Shown: one piece after another, positions 33,620 to 47,149 of the stretch
Position numbering within the stretch: position 1 is the stretch's first letter
How the letters are laid out: each line of letters starts with the position of its first letter
NCBI GenBank assembly: GCA_036172245.1
Contig: JAYWIR010000015.1
Coordinates: 3,162,001-3,226,000 of the forward strand
Length of the DNA stretch: 64,000 nt
Direction of reading: 5' to 3'
From: Raillietiella orientalis
Taxonomy: Eukaryota
Translations under genes and position numbers: made by a program
Notes under the pieces: model-generated
What the model was told of the DNA's origin: nothing
Database searches by the model: none
Seen by the model: the letters and a program-made list of their open reading frames with translations, nothing else

Positions 33620-34775
33620 TGCCCTTGGCGTGTCTCGACTACCAACCGGACGGGATGGAGGAAGGGCCAACGGGAGCTGTCCTCGCCTGCTCTTGCTGCT
33701 GTTGCTGACTCTCACAAGCTCTCGGATGGCGGAAAGAAGGCGCTCCAAGACAGGGTTCGTAGTGGCTTTCGGAGCTGTAGAGCAGAACAGGGAGGCAGCA
33801 TCTCACCTCCCGAGCTCGGGCAACGGAACCAGAGGGAGGGGACTGTATCTCGTGTAAGAAGTGCAAGTAGTCGAGGAAGAAACCCCCAAGCGCCTCCTCG
33901 AAAAGTGGGCATCGCCCTACGAGGCTCGTTGAGTCTCTTGGAGTTCCTGATGCTCCAGAGACCTGTTGGCTTGAAGGAAATGGGGCGGGGGAGAAGGGCT
34001 CTGGACTTCTTGGAGCGAACTGCGCGAGACCGCGCCGCTGAACTCGTAGGGGAGGCAAGATCTTCTGGGGAATGCTCCTCTCCCCACCGCCTCTCCCTGG
34101 AAAATTTCCCCTGGGACCCCTCCTCCTTTCCCTCGGCATCTTCGGGTAGTTGCACCGGGGACACGTGGATAGCAGGCGCCGACATCACACGAGGTGCAGG
34201 AAGGTGTGGGCTGGAGCAAGGCCTACTGTCCATTCACTTCTGGACCACGGTGCCGCTCTTTTGGTCCGGGAGTGCGTGGTGGGAGCTCCATGAGGGTGGT
34301 GGCAGCGCCCAGTACCTCTCATGCAGCAGCACTTCTTCGCTCTCAAGATGAGCTTTCGCTGGAGGCTGCACTCGCGATCCTGCTGTCCACCTGCGTCATC
34401 AGGGCGGGCTGCTTCGCGACGGAGTTCTGCCAACGGAGGAGAGAGGCAACTTTGCTCTTCCTCCTATCCGACTCCTGGGAGAGCGGTGAGGTGGTCCTCA
34501 TACGAGAGGAACCACGACGGACGATGTCTTCGTATGGCACATCCGATGGTCAGAGAGACTAAAGCCAAGTGACCCATTCCCTTCCCCATTATTTACGTTC
34601 ACTTACTTATTATACCCTCCTCTTTGCACTCCAGGTCCCTTTCCCCAGACGGAGAGAGTGACGGACATTATGCGCCCCCTCCCTGCCCTATTCGATGATT
34701 GCCATATGTGATTTATAAACTATGTATGTTCCTTTTGCTAAATAAATGCACTGGTGGGAGTTTCTCATCACGGAT
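33620..34775 (+). mobile_element. Decayed L1/Tx1-like 3' fragment with recognisable 3' UTR
   Basis: KKALQDRVRSGF and EG-GLYL (~33835), a CRK-CG...HSLLD zinc-finger remnant (~34195-34250), and an AT-rich tail with AATAAA at 34741. Confidence 0.4.
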
Positions 34776-34789
34776 TGTCGGACCACTCT

Positions 34790-37700
34790 TATTTAATGTA
34801 GATAAATAAAATTTTACGGCGAGCGAAGGGCCGACATGAGCCGGTCCGATGCCAAGGAGACCAATCCTCACTGGAGACGAGGGCGAGGCGGGTAAGGAGG
34901 AAGGGCCGAGAAGCAAGTAAATAAATGGGTGCGGGGTGGATCGGTCTCACGGCAGTGATTTCCTCCGATGGCCTACTTCGGGAAGACGCAGGAGGGGAGG
35001 GGAAGGGGGTAGGTTTCCTGGTATCGAGCCAATCTTCCAGGAATGATCCACACTAGCCTCCTCCGACCTTGATGTCCCCGGTTGAGGAGGCTTCAGAGCC
35101 CTTCTGACCCGGCGGAACGCCCTTGCAAGCCACTCCCTGGGTTGGACGGTCTTTCTCCCTTCGTCCATTTTGCCGACCATCGTTGCTCGCAGGTGGCAAA
35201 GGATCTCTAGCGAGGGAAACAACTGTGTGTTCAGGGAGGGGGATATTAGTGCGACCACCTTCTTAGGGATGGCATGAGGAAGCATCGGCATCCCTACCCA
35301 CTACACTCCAGCAGAACATGTGCCCAGATATTCCTTCGTGGGTGCACTCCTTGGGAGTTCTTTCCTCTGAGAAACGGGGATGTTCCTCATTTCGAGGGAA
35401 GTGCCAGGGAATCAGCAAGATAGCAGCCTACTGGTGACGAAGAGGAAGGACGGAGGCTCAGTCAGAAAACCTGGGACCTCGGAGCTTTCACGGAGACGGC
35501 CCAGCAATTCCATCCACATTTGCGAGCCCTGGACGAGGTCACTTGCGTGGCTTCGCTCTCCAGCTGAGGGTTTCACTGTTGAGCTTGATGACCCAGGGCA
35601 GTTTCTCCAAGATTGTTGACGGCGTCATTCTCGGAGAGGGATATCAGGGAGCCGCCGGATAACGTGATCGGATTGGAAACTTTTGTCAGCAGCCGAAGAG
35701 CCATGCCTGCAGCCCACTTCGCCAGGCGATGCCAGAGTTTCTTGCAGCGACCTTCATCGTCTGGCACAAAAGGAAGACGTTGCCCATCTCGCCTGAGGAA
35801 GACCTGCTCCAATTGCCGGGAACACCATCCTTCGTTTTCCTCTTTTGTCTTTTCGGGAACGAGACTTCGGAAGGAAGAATGGTGACCTTGGAAAAAGTTC
35901 AGTCTGCACACTCAGGAGATAAAACGGATACCCGCATCCAGAAAGGAAGCAGTCCTAGGCAGACAGCCGAGTGGGTGGGAGACGGACCTTTCCTAAGGGG
36001 AACCATGGCCGTGCTGTCAGGAGAGTGCCGGGACGCTGGCTACACTGACACGTTCTAGGAGCACCCGTAGCAAAACTTTCGATTTCACTTGCCGTTGTGA
36101 ATGGTTCCCTTCTTTGCTAGGGAGGAACTTCTGTACAGAGCAGACTTCAGAAGCACAAACGGGTAACTGACGGGATGCACGTTTTCTGGGGAGTTAGGGA
36201 TTCCGAAGAGCTTCGGACGTTCTTTTCTCCTATCCGTGAAAGGGAGGCAGAAGAAGGGCTGAAAAACAGGTCCGAGGAAGAGGGGGAGGGAGAGCAGGAC
36301 GCAACTTTGATTAGTCATGAAGGCAGCGCGGAGATGGGAGGACGGGCACTCAGAATGAGGAATCCGATGGTACTGCCTGTGAAGGGGACCATTTGGAGGT
36401 CGTAGGCGAAGATTCATACTAGGAAAATCCAAATGCTCAAACACACACCTTTTTTTTTTTATAACAGGAAGGGAGACGATCTGCTCTGCTCTCTTCCCGC
36501 ACGAACCTGAACCATGACCTGAAACAACTGAGTTGTCCTCCGCTGTCTAGCTGCAGATTACTATTCTACAGCTCGTCTTGCTGTGACAGAGAAAGCCGTC
36601 TGGCCACTACCGTTGCGTCTCAGTGCTGAGGTGACCTCAGAGCTCATCCAGACATGCCTTTCCCTGTTGCACGAGGACATCCATTGCTTCTGCGAAAAGT
36701 CTTCATTGCCAGCAATCCATCCGTTCATGTCGCGGCTCTTCAGTATTCTTTGCTTTGATCCAGGGTTCCCTCGTCATCCGGATGCTGAGTGGTGGTAGAA
36801 CTCGAATGCTCGAATCCTTGTGACGAGAAATGGTGCTTGCGAAGGGAAGGAAACGGACCTGCGACAGGAAGGATTCCCAGAGGGCAAAAGCGAGTCCCGT
36901 CTGGAGGAGTCGGAGTTAAGCTTGTAGGATGGGGAGGAGGAAATGAATTCCCCGCTGGTTACTCGTACCGCAGATGCTGCGGCGTGGGAAGGGGGAGGCT
37001 CACGTTCTCCCACGCCTTCTGCATGTCGCTCGGATTCTCGGACCTCCGCTTGTCTGCACTCGGTTCTCTGAGCAAGAGCTCGGAGCACTGAGTGGGACGT
37101 GGTGGATCCTGGATGCATCCCTGCGCTGCACGTCGAGAGCAGCGCAGGTGCATCGCAGTTGTCCGATGGTAGCAGGCTCGTCACCGAGTGCTCAGGAGGT
37201 TTCCACTCCTTCAGCCCGGTTGCACAAACCGTCCAGGTTCCCGCCGAGGGTGTCAAGGTCGACCTCCACAAGGAGCTCAAGAGTGGCTCGTCTCTCCGCA
37301 AACTCTCAGAAGGTGGCGGAAGTCGCTGAGCTCTTGTGTTTCTACAACCGCAGCGCCGTGCTGCACCCATCTTGGTGTGCGCGCACCCGTATGCGCGCAT
37401 CCATTGCGCATGCTCTCTCTCGCATGAACGCTTCACGTGTGTTTTTCTCGCACGTGTGCATGCATATGTCATGGTACGTTAGTGTGTTCGCTGGTGTCTT
37501 CAATACACATACGCCATCACACATGCTCCTGTGTTTGCGCATGAGCAGTCCGGTCATAAGCGCACTCTTTACAAACGCGCGTGTGGAGTTTCCCTTGCAG
37601 AATCGGGTAGGCGCGTGAGAAGTTGGCTTGCTGGGGTGCGGGGATGTCAAGGAACGAACGGGGCATTCCATAGCAGCCGCGGTTGTCTTTTTTTTTTTCC

Positions 37701-38420
37701 CCTCCAAAAAGGGAAATTTCCAGTTAAATTTTCGAACTTACCTCTCGAAAGGAGGGAGGTGCTGGTTATTCCCTCATGCTTCTTTCTGGACCTCTCTCCT
37801 GCTGAAGTCTCAGAAATCTGAGAGTGTGTGGTCCATGGCTGGTCGGAGGGTTTCGGACTGAAACGAAAGGATTGTATCCTCGTATGCAGAGTGCCACTTG
37901 AGTGTGCAGAGCAACGTGGTCAGCATTCAGGAAGTGCAGAAATCATGGAGAGAGCGAGAGAGAAGAACGGATGGGCTTGGAGGCTGCTAATGTTCTCAAG
38001 TCTCAGGGTCTGTCAGGTCTTTCTGCCGAGTTAGGGAAGGGGGAGGATCATGAGCTCCAAAACTCTGCACTGGGAATCCGTCTGCGTCTGAGGAATGGTC
38101 GGGATGTGTAGGACTCCCAAGGCAGACTCCCAGGACCGAGGATGCGTTGGCAGCATCGTAGAAGCGCTAGGAATGTTCGTTGATCTCTCAAGAGGTCAAA
38201 TCCTCTTTTCGCTGATCTCAGGAGGCAGGGTCGAGAGAAGGTGGTGCTTCCCGGAATGCTGGACACGGATCTTCGCGGAATGTCCCTTCCCTCTCCGGGT
38301 ACGGCAGTTGCAGCAGCCGCGAAGGAAAACTTCGAGGGTCGAATCTTCAGTGGGAGGACACGAGATGAGACATCGATCTTCATTGCTCACTATTTGCTTT
38401 GCCATAAGGAAGCAAAGGGG
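34790..38420 (-). mobile_element. Cluster of decayed L1/Tx1-like fragments (~34790-36000, ~36900-37320, ~37800-38420)
   Basis: LPFVPDDEGR; LLSSLWRSTLTP...ECRQAEVRESERH; CLLRSAKRGFDLLRDQRTFLALL. AT-rich 3'-UTR-like tract at 34790-34925. Confidence 0.35.
37350..37600. repeat. Degenerate alternating purine-pyrimidine (CA/TG/CG) tract
   Basis: gtgtgcgcgcacccgtatgcgcgcat...cgcacgtgtgcatgcatatg...tacacatacgc. Confidence 0.7.
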
Positions 38421-40499
38421 GCGGATAAATCAGGGGATTGAGGGCCGAACCTTCGAGCGATTGTGGTTAGGCTGACCCGATACTCTCTCCCTTCCGCCCC
38501 TTCTCTTACCGGTGCAGGCCCTCGGGAATCCATGTTCAGCGCCGTAAGGACGCAACCCCTATTTATTCGTTTATTCACTCACCGTTCCTTCTCTCCCGCT
38601 TCAGCTCTGCCCCTATCGAGAAGGGCAATCTCTTTGGTTTCGGGCCGGCGCATTTCGGCCCTTCTCCGACTGCGTCATTTTGATTTATTTGTTTTAAACA
38701 AATGACCCGGCTATCCGGGATCAGAAGGTCACTGTTCCAAGAACCCAGGAACCGATGGTGGCTCTGCACCGATCCTACGAGCATCGACGTAGAGATGCAG
38801 GTCCTTCAGAGCTCTGTCGCTGCCTGGAGATTCGATTCCGGAATCGGCCGATAGCAGCGCGGCGGTCGACCGAGGCGGGCAGGCAGAAGGAGAGAAATCC
38901 GGAGGAGCTCGCAAATGAGCGTGATCGCCATGCCTTCCCGGGAAACCTCCCATCTTGCCTTTGGATGTTATCCAAACGAGCTCCGTTCCGGACCTCAGCC
39001 ATGCTCCACCTTCGAGGAGGAAAGGGGGGGGGGAGGAGGGTTGCAGCATGGCAACCTCAGCCTCCTGCTCCCAGATTCTGAGTCACGGATCTCTGAGGAC
39101 AGAAGAACGAGAAGTGCAGAGGCGCTTCCGGAAGTAAACTTGAGAAAAGTGAGGGAAGAAGGGGGGGGTGCAAGTCGGTCGAGGGGAGCCTTTCGCCTCC
39201 CGGGGGCACACTGCCCTCAGGAGGCGAAAGGGATACCGCTATTTTTTTTCCTGGACGGGAAGCTAGGGGAGTAAGCGACTCTTCCGTGAAGTCGGTAAGG
39301 AGCAGAGCACTGAAAAAAGTAAGCACAAAGCCAGTTGAAGGGGAGGAAGTGAGAGGAGGGAGTGGGGGAGGATAGGGAAAAGGAGGCGGGGTCCCTTCCC
39401 GTCTCTCCGTTTCGTGCCATGAAAGACTACTGGACTCCTCACCTCCGTTCCGTTTGCTCAGAGTGCTCTCCTTGACGATTCCCCTTTTCCTCCCCTCAGG
39501 CACTTCAGAATATCCTCCGAAGTCCTTCCCTTCCAGGTGCTCTCGAACGCCTCTCGGAAGGAAAGATGTGAACGAGGAGGTCCGACCCTGCTCACTCCAC
39601 GAGGAGTCAAGGACCCCCACTGCTCCCGTCCGTGGTGGCGGCTCTCTCCGAGATATGTCTGTTCATCCTTCCGTGTGGCGGCGAGGATGAGGAGGCGGGC
39701 GGCACAGTAAGGCGGGCGCTGCGCTCCTTCTCTTGCCCCCCCTTTCCGCCCCACTCAGTCCCTTGCCTTTCCTCTGTGCTCTCTCTCCCCACAGGTGCTT
39801 CCTCCGCCTCCTCAGAGGGAGTGGCAGGTGCTTGCCGCTGCAATCAGATGCCTGTCAATCGGGGAACACCGTGGGCTGATGGATGGGACGGGAGTTCCCG
39901 TCACGGAAAGGGGTGGGGGCGGGGTGCGCTTCGCGTCGAGATTCACGGGCGGCACCCGGAGGTGCCACACCTCTCTCTGATGGAGGTGCAGAGGTCGGAG
40001 GCCGCTCTCTCCGGAGGCGGGGAGGGGCGGATGTTCTCCATTTCCGCCCCACGTTCCTCATTTTTACCCCTCTTCTTTCTGCAGAGCTCCCCCTGCCATT
40101 TCTTCCCGTTTCCCCCACTACGAGGTGAAAGATCGCCATCTCCGCCCTCCGGTGGGCCCCAGGGGTTCCCCGACGCCCGCCTTCTCCGCGGAAAGAATGG
40201 AGGAATGGGATTCGGGAGGCAACCGGACGACCAAAGGGCGGCCGGTCCTCGCATCTGTCGGCGTCTACCCGAGGACTCCTCGCCGCGCCTTCACCTTCCT
40301 TGCTTACCTGCTCCGTTCCTGGACCATCGTTCCAGGAAACCGGGAAGATGAAGAGCTCCGTTCCTTCTTCGGGAGGTCTCTCAGTCTCAGGACAAGCAGG
40401 AAAGTGGCATCGCCTCCAGAAAGTCGCGCTGTCCGAAGTAGCAGCGGGTGGGATGACTCTTCAAGAAGGTCGCTCGCTCAGGGAAACATGAGTTGCTGG

Positions 40500-41450
40500 G
40501 GAAAGGGGAGGTCACATTAGAATCGTTGGTTCACATCTCGCCTCGAATCCGCTCGAGAGCAGCAGGTGCTCATCCAGGTGTCCTCTTCTTCCTCTTAGTG
40601 CCTCGGGTAGGAGCACCAGGGAGCGGGTAACCGATCTTTTGCTCCTGCGGTTTCCAGAGAGGTCAAGTGCGGGGTGGAAGCAACTGGCTTCTCCGAGGCT
40701 TCTGCAGAAATTTTCCACAGGGCGGACGAGAACATCCTGTCTCCGCAAAGATCGCGAGGTTTACGGGAACCGTTCTCTGTTGCCTTGGCATCCTTAGCCC
40801 GACACATCCCGAGATGTGCATCATTTCTTTGTGCTTCCCGGTATCCTGGAAGCTTTTCTCCAAGAAAAACCGAAGCGTTGGAGGTACCTTCCCCCTCCCC
40901 TTTCCTCTCCAGGTTTCTGCTCCACCTGCACTTGGAGCACTGAGTCCAGGGAGTTGCCTGGAAACGGCAGGGTCACTAAGTGGCGTTTCCGAGCAACATC
41001 TAGTGACGTCGTCATCTACTTGTTGCTGGCAAAAAACGAGACATCTGCTTTCCCTTCCCGATCCTGTCGCATCTGTCGCATCAGCTCAGAAGGGACGCCT
41101 GCGCGACCACTCTGAGGAGGATGCGGGTTTGTCTCGGAGTGCTCCTGGATCCTGGCTGATGAGCACACCGGGAGGGAAGCAGGGAGTCCTGCAGACAGAT
41201 TGAGGGAGGAGGGAGTTCCTCCTGGAACGCCGTTTCTGCTCCTTCCAAAGGTCATTCTTGCTTCTCGATCTCCCTGGTCGCGCACTCCTTCCGTCAAGAG
41301 AGTTTCCACGGAGACCGGAAAGCAAGGGAATCCCCTTAGAAAGCGGATTCCCTTGCTTCACTCAGGCATCCAAGGAAGATTCGCTCCCTCCCTGCTTCCC
41401 GCTCAAGGACGAACGGCTCTGAGCGCTGGATGCGGATGGAGCGAAGGAGG
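40500..41450 (-). mobile_element. Decayed L1/Tx1-like fragment
   Basis: DLWKEQKRRSRRNSLLPQSVCRTPCFP resembles the FLW...R....L.LP...GGLG.P block. Confidence 0.3.
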
Positions 41451-44394
41451 CACCAATGATGACCGTCGGGCTTCGTACCGGAATGGGGGGAAAAAACGAG
41501 TTGTGGAGCGTCCCCACAACAACGGCAACAATCAAAAATCGAAATCAACTTGAGCAAGGGAAGCAGGATCGCTCTCGTGTTCCGAGCTCTCTCCCCGAAC
41601 GAGAATGACTTCAAGCTTTGACAGCGCCCGCCGGCATGAGAACGAGCTGTTTCCCCGGAGACCGTTTCCGCGTACACCGCGGTGGTCGGTGCGAAGATCG
41701 CGCGTGCAAAGTGCACGGGAAAAACAGAAAAGAAAAATCATCCACTTGCTCGAGACGCAAAGAGAAAAAGAATCCTCGAGACAAGATGCCTGCACGCAGC
41801 CAGCGTCCGAGGTTGGGGTGCTCTTGTGCCAGTTGCCAGGGTTCTCCTTGTGCTCCAGGTTGAGCCCGTCTTCGTCTCCACTCTCTTTGTCGTATGCCTA
41901 CGTACGGCTGCCATAACGTAAAGCACAGCTGATTCCGTCGCCATTGCAAGCAGGGGACTCCGTCCGCCTTCCCGGCCAACCCACGAGGGAATCAGCTGGA
42001 TTTCTAGGTGGTAGTCTCTCTCTGTGGGTTCGACCTGCTTGCTTCCCTCCCATGACCGAGCACATGCACCACCTCCGCCGATCCTGAAGACCGATCCCGC
42101 AGGTTCGGAAACCTTCTTCCTGTTCCCCTTCCTCCCCTTTTGCCTTCTTTGCTATTGCTATTGAAACGCAACAAGCAAACAACCCATTCCCTTTTAAACT
42201 TCGCGTCCTTCGAGGCAGTTTCTGGACGGAGCTTCGCCCGGACCGGGGCGACGGTGCTGCTGAAGCGGATCGACCCGTAAGCCACGTATCGCCACACATC
42301 GAACGATAAAAGCGGTCCAAACAAAGGCGTGCACACGGAAAGCATTTGATCTCCTGTTCGCGAGCCCAAGCAATCAGCCGAGATGTCGGACGGGAAACCA
42401 TTTTGCATCACTCCGATTCCCGAGGGACGGAAGGGCAGAGTGTTTGTTTTTTTTGTTCCGTCAACGTGTTGTTTGCTTTCCCCAGACTTGTGGTTGTCTT
42501 CTTTGATGTTCCGTTCGGTAACGGGAAACGCGAGTTGGGCTGCGAAGCGCCATAAAAATTTCCAATCTCACGCCGCGGTGAAGGACCGCATGCTGTCTTC
42601 TCGGACAAATCCTGCAGCTGGAATTCGGAGGAAGCCGAAGTAGCAGTTGGTCACAGCTGATTGCAAACTGGTAAGCGAGTCCAGCACATTCAATCAGCGA
42701 TGATCGCGAATTCTCGTGGAGCCACACGGAGGAGCTGTGGTAAGCACCGGGGGGGGGGGGGAGGGGTTAGGTAAGATCACCCAAAGAGGGCACAGAATGG
42801 ATATTAAATGTCAGAGGCAGAGACTTCCGGATAAATAAGCTTTACGGAAGAGGGGAGGTGGTTTGCACAAAGGAAAATACTCAACAATTCACGGTCCTCT
42901 AAGAATGAACTTCATCAGTCGTTTCATCTTCTGAACAACCTCCAGCATCATTTGCCAACATTCACGGCGAAGAACGCACTTCACCCCGAGTGTCCTCTAA
43001 CCCGCATCATCGGCCTACCCATGCGTACCTCGAACTATCCTTTTAGACTGGAGTGGCTCGAATTTCATCAACCGCGTGGAAGGCCTCCTGTCCATCGGGA
43101 AGATGGAGTTTCGCAGCTCGCATTTCCCGGGTCAGAGGAGTGCATTAGATTGCTCCTTCAGGATCGGAGCAAGGAGGTCGGGACGCAAGGAAAGGAATGC
43201 CTTGTGCCTCACCGATGTGTCCTTCGCTGCTTTTGGCGAGTGAGTAGAAAAACAAAGGAGGCGACCATCTTTCCTTTTCCACGACGTTCTCATCCTGAAC
43301 ACGACTGGTCGGCTGCTATTTTCCTTCTCCCGAATTTCTGCCGTGCTTTCCTCGAAGAGAGAGTCGAGCCGTTCTCGTGAGCGGGACTCCCTACGGAGGT
43401 TCAAACCCACTCCACCGGGCGCCGTGCAGAGTCTCCCAGACCGTGGGCCGGTGAAGACACGGAGACGAGGCTGGGTTAAGGACGAGTGCCGGGGCGCGGT
43501 CTTTTCGTGCTCGTGACCTAAAAGTTTTCCCGTGGGTTGCCCCACAGCCCACGAACCGGAGGATTCGAACCGGGGACTTCCCGTCAAAGGCACCTGGGAG
43601 CATCTCTGAAAGCGCTTCGGAAGCTCAAGGAGAAGATGAAGCCACGGCGAGATTTCCGACGAAGGGAAACCGTCAGCCTCCATGTCACGGGCGAATTCAC
43701 CGCGGGGGTTTCCCTGGAAAGGGAGCTCGTGAGCACGCGCTCCCTAGCAACGCGCGGTGCCGCCTTCAGGATCCGCCTGTGGCTGGGGGGCGCATGATGA
43801 AGGACCGAGCTGCGGCACCAGAGCAGCTCGGTCCCCACCCAAGAGCTTCTCCTGCCCGTATCAGCAAGTTCCTCCGGTCGTGTCCTATGTAGTCGGGATG
43901 GGGGGTCGGCGAGGGAGGGAGATGCACCTCGCTCGTTGGCTGTGCAGTCGGGGCCCCGTGCAACGATCACGTGCCCTCGCTTGGAGGCAGGCTCGGGAAG
44001 CGCTGATCCACCCCACGGTCCCGCCTACGAGCCCTGGTCCGGGCGACCTCCACATGCTCTCGTAGGTGTCTTTGTAAGGGAATGAGTTGGTATCGAAGTT
44101 CCGGTTTCCCGGACCGGCGAACCAGACTATGCGCAGCCATGGTGACGGATCCCAGTTCAGAGAAGTGGAACAAATTGGCTGGTGGGCCACCAGTCCGTTT
44201 CAGGCTAGCAGGTCCGTGGGGCGTTTGAACTAGCAGCCGGGTGTTCTTGTCCGTTGATGGGAAGCAAACCGGAAGGCCACCGCGAGAGCCTTGTTTTGGT
44301 TCACTCAGTACTGAAGAATCTTCCGCCTGAGGGGCGCACGAAGGTCATTAACGCAGAGCTCCACGCCACCCGGGAGTACGTGTTCACTCTTCAA

Positions 44395-44850
44395 TTCGGG
44401 AGGTACCCCGCGAGGGGACCACCCTATGACTCCAGGAAGGTCTCCGGAGGAAGAAGTCCTTTCCTCTTGAGCTTGGGAGGGAGCCCCGAAGGAAACGTCT
44501 TCTTTCTTCCCTCCGGGGGAACCCCCCGGAGGGGGCCACTGCATTATTTCCTCTCCAAAGGTAAGCCGGAAAGGATCCGCTTCTGGAATTTCTTTTCCGG
44601 AGGGACCCCCTCCCGCAAAAGAACCTCTCCTGCTTTCCTCCTCTGAAGAGATCCCCGAAGGGAGGCTTCCCATTTTCTCTAAAGGGCGCTCTCCAAAGGG
44701 AGAAACACACTTCTTAACTCGGGGGAGGCAAACACCCCTGAGAGGGAGAATCAACCAGCTCCATGGTTCGAGATAGAGGGTCCCTCCTTTCGAGTGGGAG
44801 GACGGCTCCATTCGCACAACCGGAAGGGAACCCCGAAAGGGGCAGTCTCC
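44395..44850. repeat. Degenerate ~40-bp tandem array
   Basis: About 9-10 units of the form ttcctc(c)-ggagg-gaNcccc-gaagg. Confidence 0.5.
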
Positions 44851-44899
44851 TGGATTCCTGGAAGGATTCTGGATCAACTTCCAATACTGGCTTCCAGTC

Positions 44900-45780
44900 A
44901 AGGGGGTCATCTGGTTTCCGGCTTTCACCAATGCCACACGGCATGGCTAGATGGGGGATTACAGTGGAGACTCCGGAAGGAGAAGAGGACTGGGCGAGTG
45001 GACGATGGGTCAGCTCACTGACTCTGCGACCCCGAGTGATCGACCTCATGGACTTTTGCGCTGGGGGATGCTACTGGGTATTCCGGAGGAAGACCTACAG
45101 TGGCCCCCGGCGCTCATTAACGCGCATTTTCCCCTTAAAGTGGAAGGGATTAGCGTTGATGCTACTGCACTGGGACCTCCCGCGCAACGCCCGCCGACAG
45201 CACTGCACACGGGTGTGTGTGAACGCAAACTCGGCAAGGTGCGGGGAGCGGGAGTCCTTCCCACACCTCCTAATGGACTGTGCTCGCCGACTCTCCTATC
45301 CCTTTGGAAATGCTTTGTCGCGACCTTTGGAACCCGGCTGAAACGCGAGAGAAGTTTGAAAGCTCCTCTTCCCGCACGATTCCCTCACGCCGGTCGCACC
45401 CTTAGCAGCACTGCGCTATCCACGCGACGGGACCGTGGCTACATGGAGCAATGCTAGAGGAGACGAGGATGACAGGGACGCCATCTATTTTGCTGTCCCC
45501 TTCATGAGGACAGTGTCAAGATGGCCTCATTTGGGAGTCTTGAAACAGAACTTGCCGGCATCCTTACAAGGATGCAGAGGACACCCTCCAGCACACAGTG
45601 TTCCCTTCCCGAACCCCCTATTCTTTGACTGCATTTTTCGTTTTATGTTTTTCTTTTGTTTGTCTCCCCTTCCCCTGTGCTGCCGAGGCGAACCCCGCTG
45701 AGCATGAGTGTCAGTTCCCGGCAGGTTCCTTTCCGTATCCATAAGTAACGTGGCAGGGTCAAACGTCCTGCCACAGACGT
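44900..45780 (+). mobile_element. Decayed L1/Tx1-like 3' end (zf-RVT)
   Basis: IFPLKWKGLALMLLHWDLP...SARCGERESFPHLLMDC, a T-rich UTR, and terminal hairpin GTGGCAGG..CCTGCCAC at 45750-45774. Confidence 0.6.
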
Positions 45781-45785
45781 GTACG

Positions 45786-45997
45786 TTTCTTTTTTCTTAA
45801 TAAGCGCACCGACCGAGTATCAACCAGCGCCGCGCCCGAAGCCTCCAGGACAGCCAACGTCATCTTTCGGGAGGTAACTCGAAACTCATGACGCACCCCC
45901 TATTCTCGGCGTCGATCTTTGTTTCCCGGGGCGGGACTCGAACCCGCAACACTTGGTACCGCGCGCGGAGATCGTATCCTCAAGGCCTCCAGCGTGG
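45786..45997 (-). mobile_element. tRNA-derived SINE-like element (~210 bp) or tRNA pseudogene
   Basis: Perfect T-arm/B-box GCGGG-TTCGAGT-CCCGC (45947-45931) and a degenerate A-box-like region upstream. No intact acceptor or anticodon stems. A ~130-bp body ends in the A-rich tail AAGAAAAAAGAAA. Confidence 0.6.
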
Positions 45998-47149
45998 TTG
46001 TTTTTTGAGCGCAAGTCACTCCAATGCTCCGGTAGCTGGTAAGGAGGAAGATGGGTGGTCCGGTAATATCTTAGCTGCAAACAAGGGCTTAGAAGTCAGG
46101 CTGCCGTGTTTCTCTCCTGAAGAAAGGGAACGCGATCCCACCTGTCTCTGTACAGAAAGAATCTTCCTCTTGGACTGACCACAATCTGACGACGGCGAAG
46201 AGTTCGAGGCCTCAAGAGTGGACGAGCAGACATCTGCTTCTGTGTCAAAGCGTGCCGGAGAATCTTGCCGTGAGATGGAACGAGGAAGAGCTACATGCAG
46301 AACATTCGATCGCGCCAGTTCACGGGCGCTTCAGTGGGCAACAAGCATCACGTGACGCTATCATCGAGTTGCGTTGACCAAGCCGAGACGGCTTGATGTA
46401 CGCAGGTTTTTCTCTCTCCGGAGCGTGCGCGGGTCACATGGCTGCGTTTCCGCCGGCAGCCCGCCGAAATGGAAAGCTCATTCTGCCCGGGTGGCCGTGG
46501 AAGAGCTCTCCTTAGGATCTGACCTCATCTGAATTCCGGAGGAACGCCTGGGATGCGATCCGGAGACGAAGAAACATGCGGAGCTGCTGCAAAAAGTCCC
46601 AGAGAATTAATCAGCTCTTCAAACAAATTTAATTAGCGCTCGCGCCAATGGAAGCTAATAGGTCCAGGAAGAAAGCGAAGCTGTTGGAGGCGATGATTTA
46701 TTTTCCGCACAAACACAGGTCACGGCTTCTAAAAATAAAAGGGAAATGACGAAACGGAACATATTTTGCTGGAGAAGAAGGAAGAGGAAGGCCAGAGATG
46801 AATCAGAACAACTCCTCCTTATCTCTACTATCTGTGCTTTTATTTTTTTTCCTTTGCCTATTTCTTGCTACCAGTTCCAGGATTTTTTTTTTCGGTGTGT
46901 AAGCGTGGGGAAAGAGAGGGGAGAGGGTTTTTTTTGTCACTCCCGTGCTGCTTTATCAATTCTGCCTGTCTCCTTCTTCGGCAGACCTCGGAAGGCATTT
47001 TCAAGATTCCATTGAAAAAAAAAAAAAGAAAAAAAGATTCGGCTGAAAGATCCTCAGGTAAGGTCAACCATCTGCTCAGTAAGGGGTGACCGAGGCTGAG
47101 AACCGGGTTCGTATGATTTTTGCAGGTCCCTGGAGGCAGCCTAGGTTGC

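Noticed and set aside
43555..43580. B-box-like GGTTCGAATCC on the minus strand (similar at ~48033 on plus)
   Set aside because: The T-stem is incomplete and there is no cloverleaf or A-box.
42900..44070. Possible further plus-strand LINE fossil (also ~19900-22000 and ~51900-52400)
   Set aside because: Motif remnants are too weak to support a feature call without a profile search.
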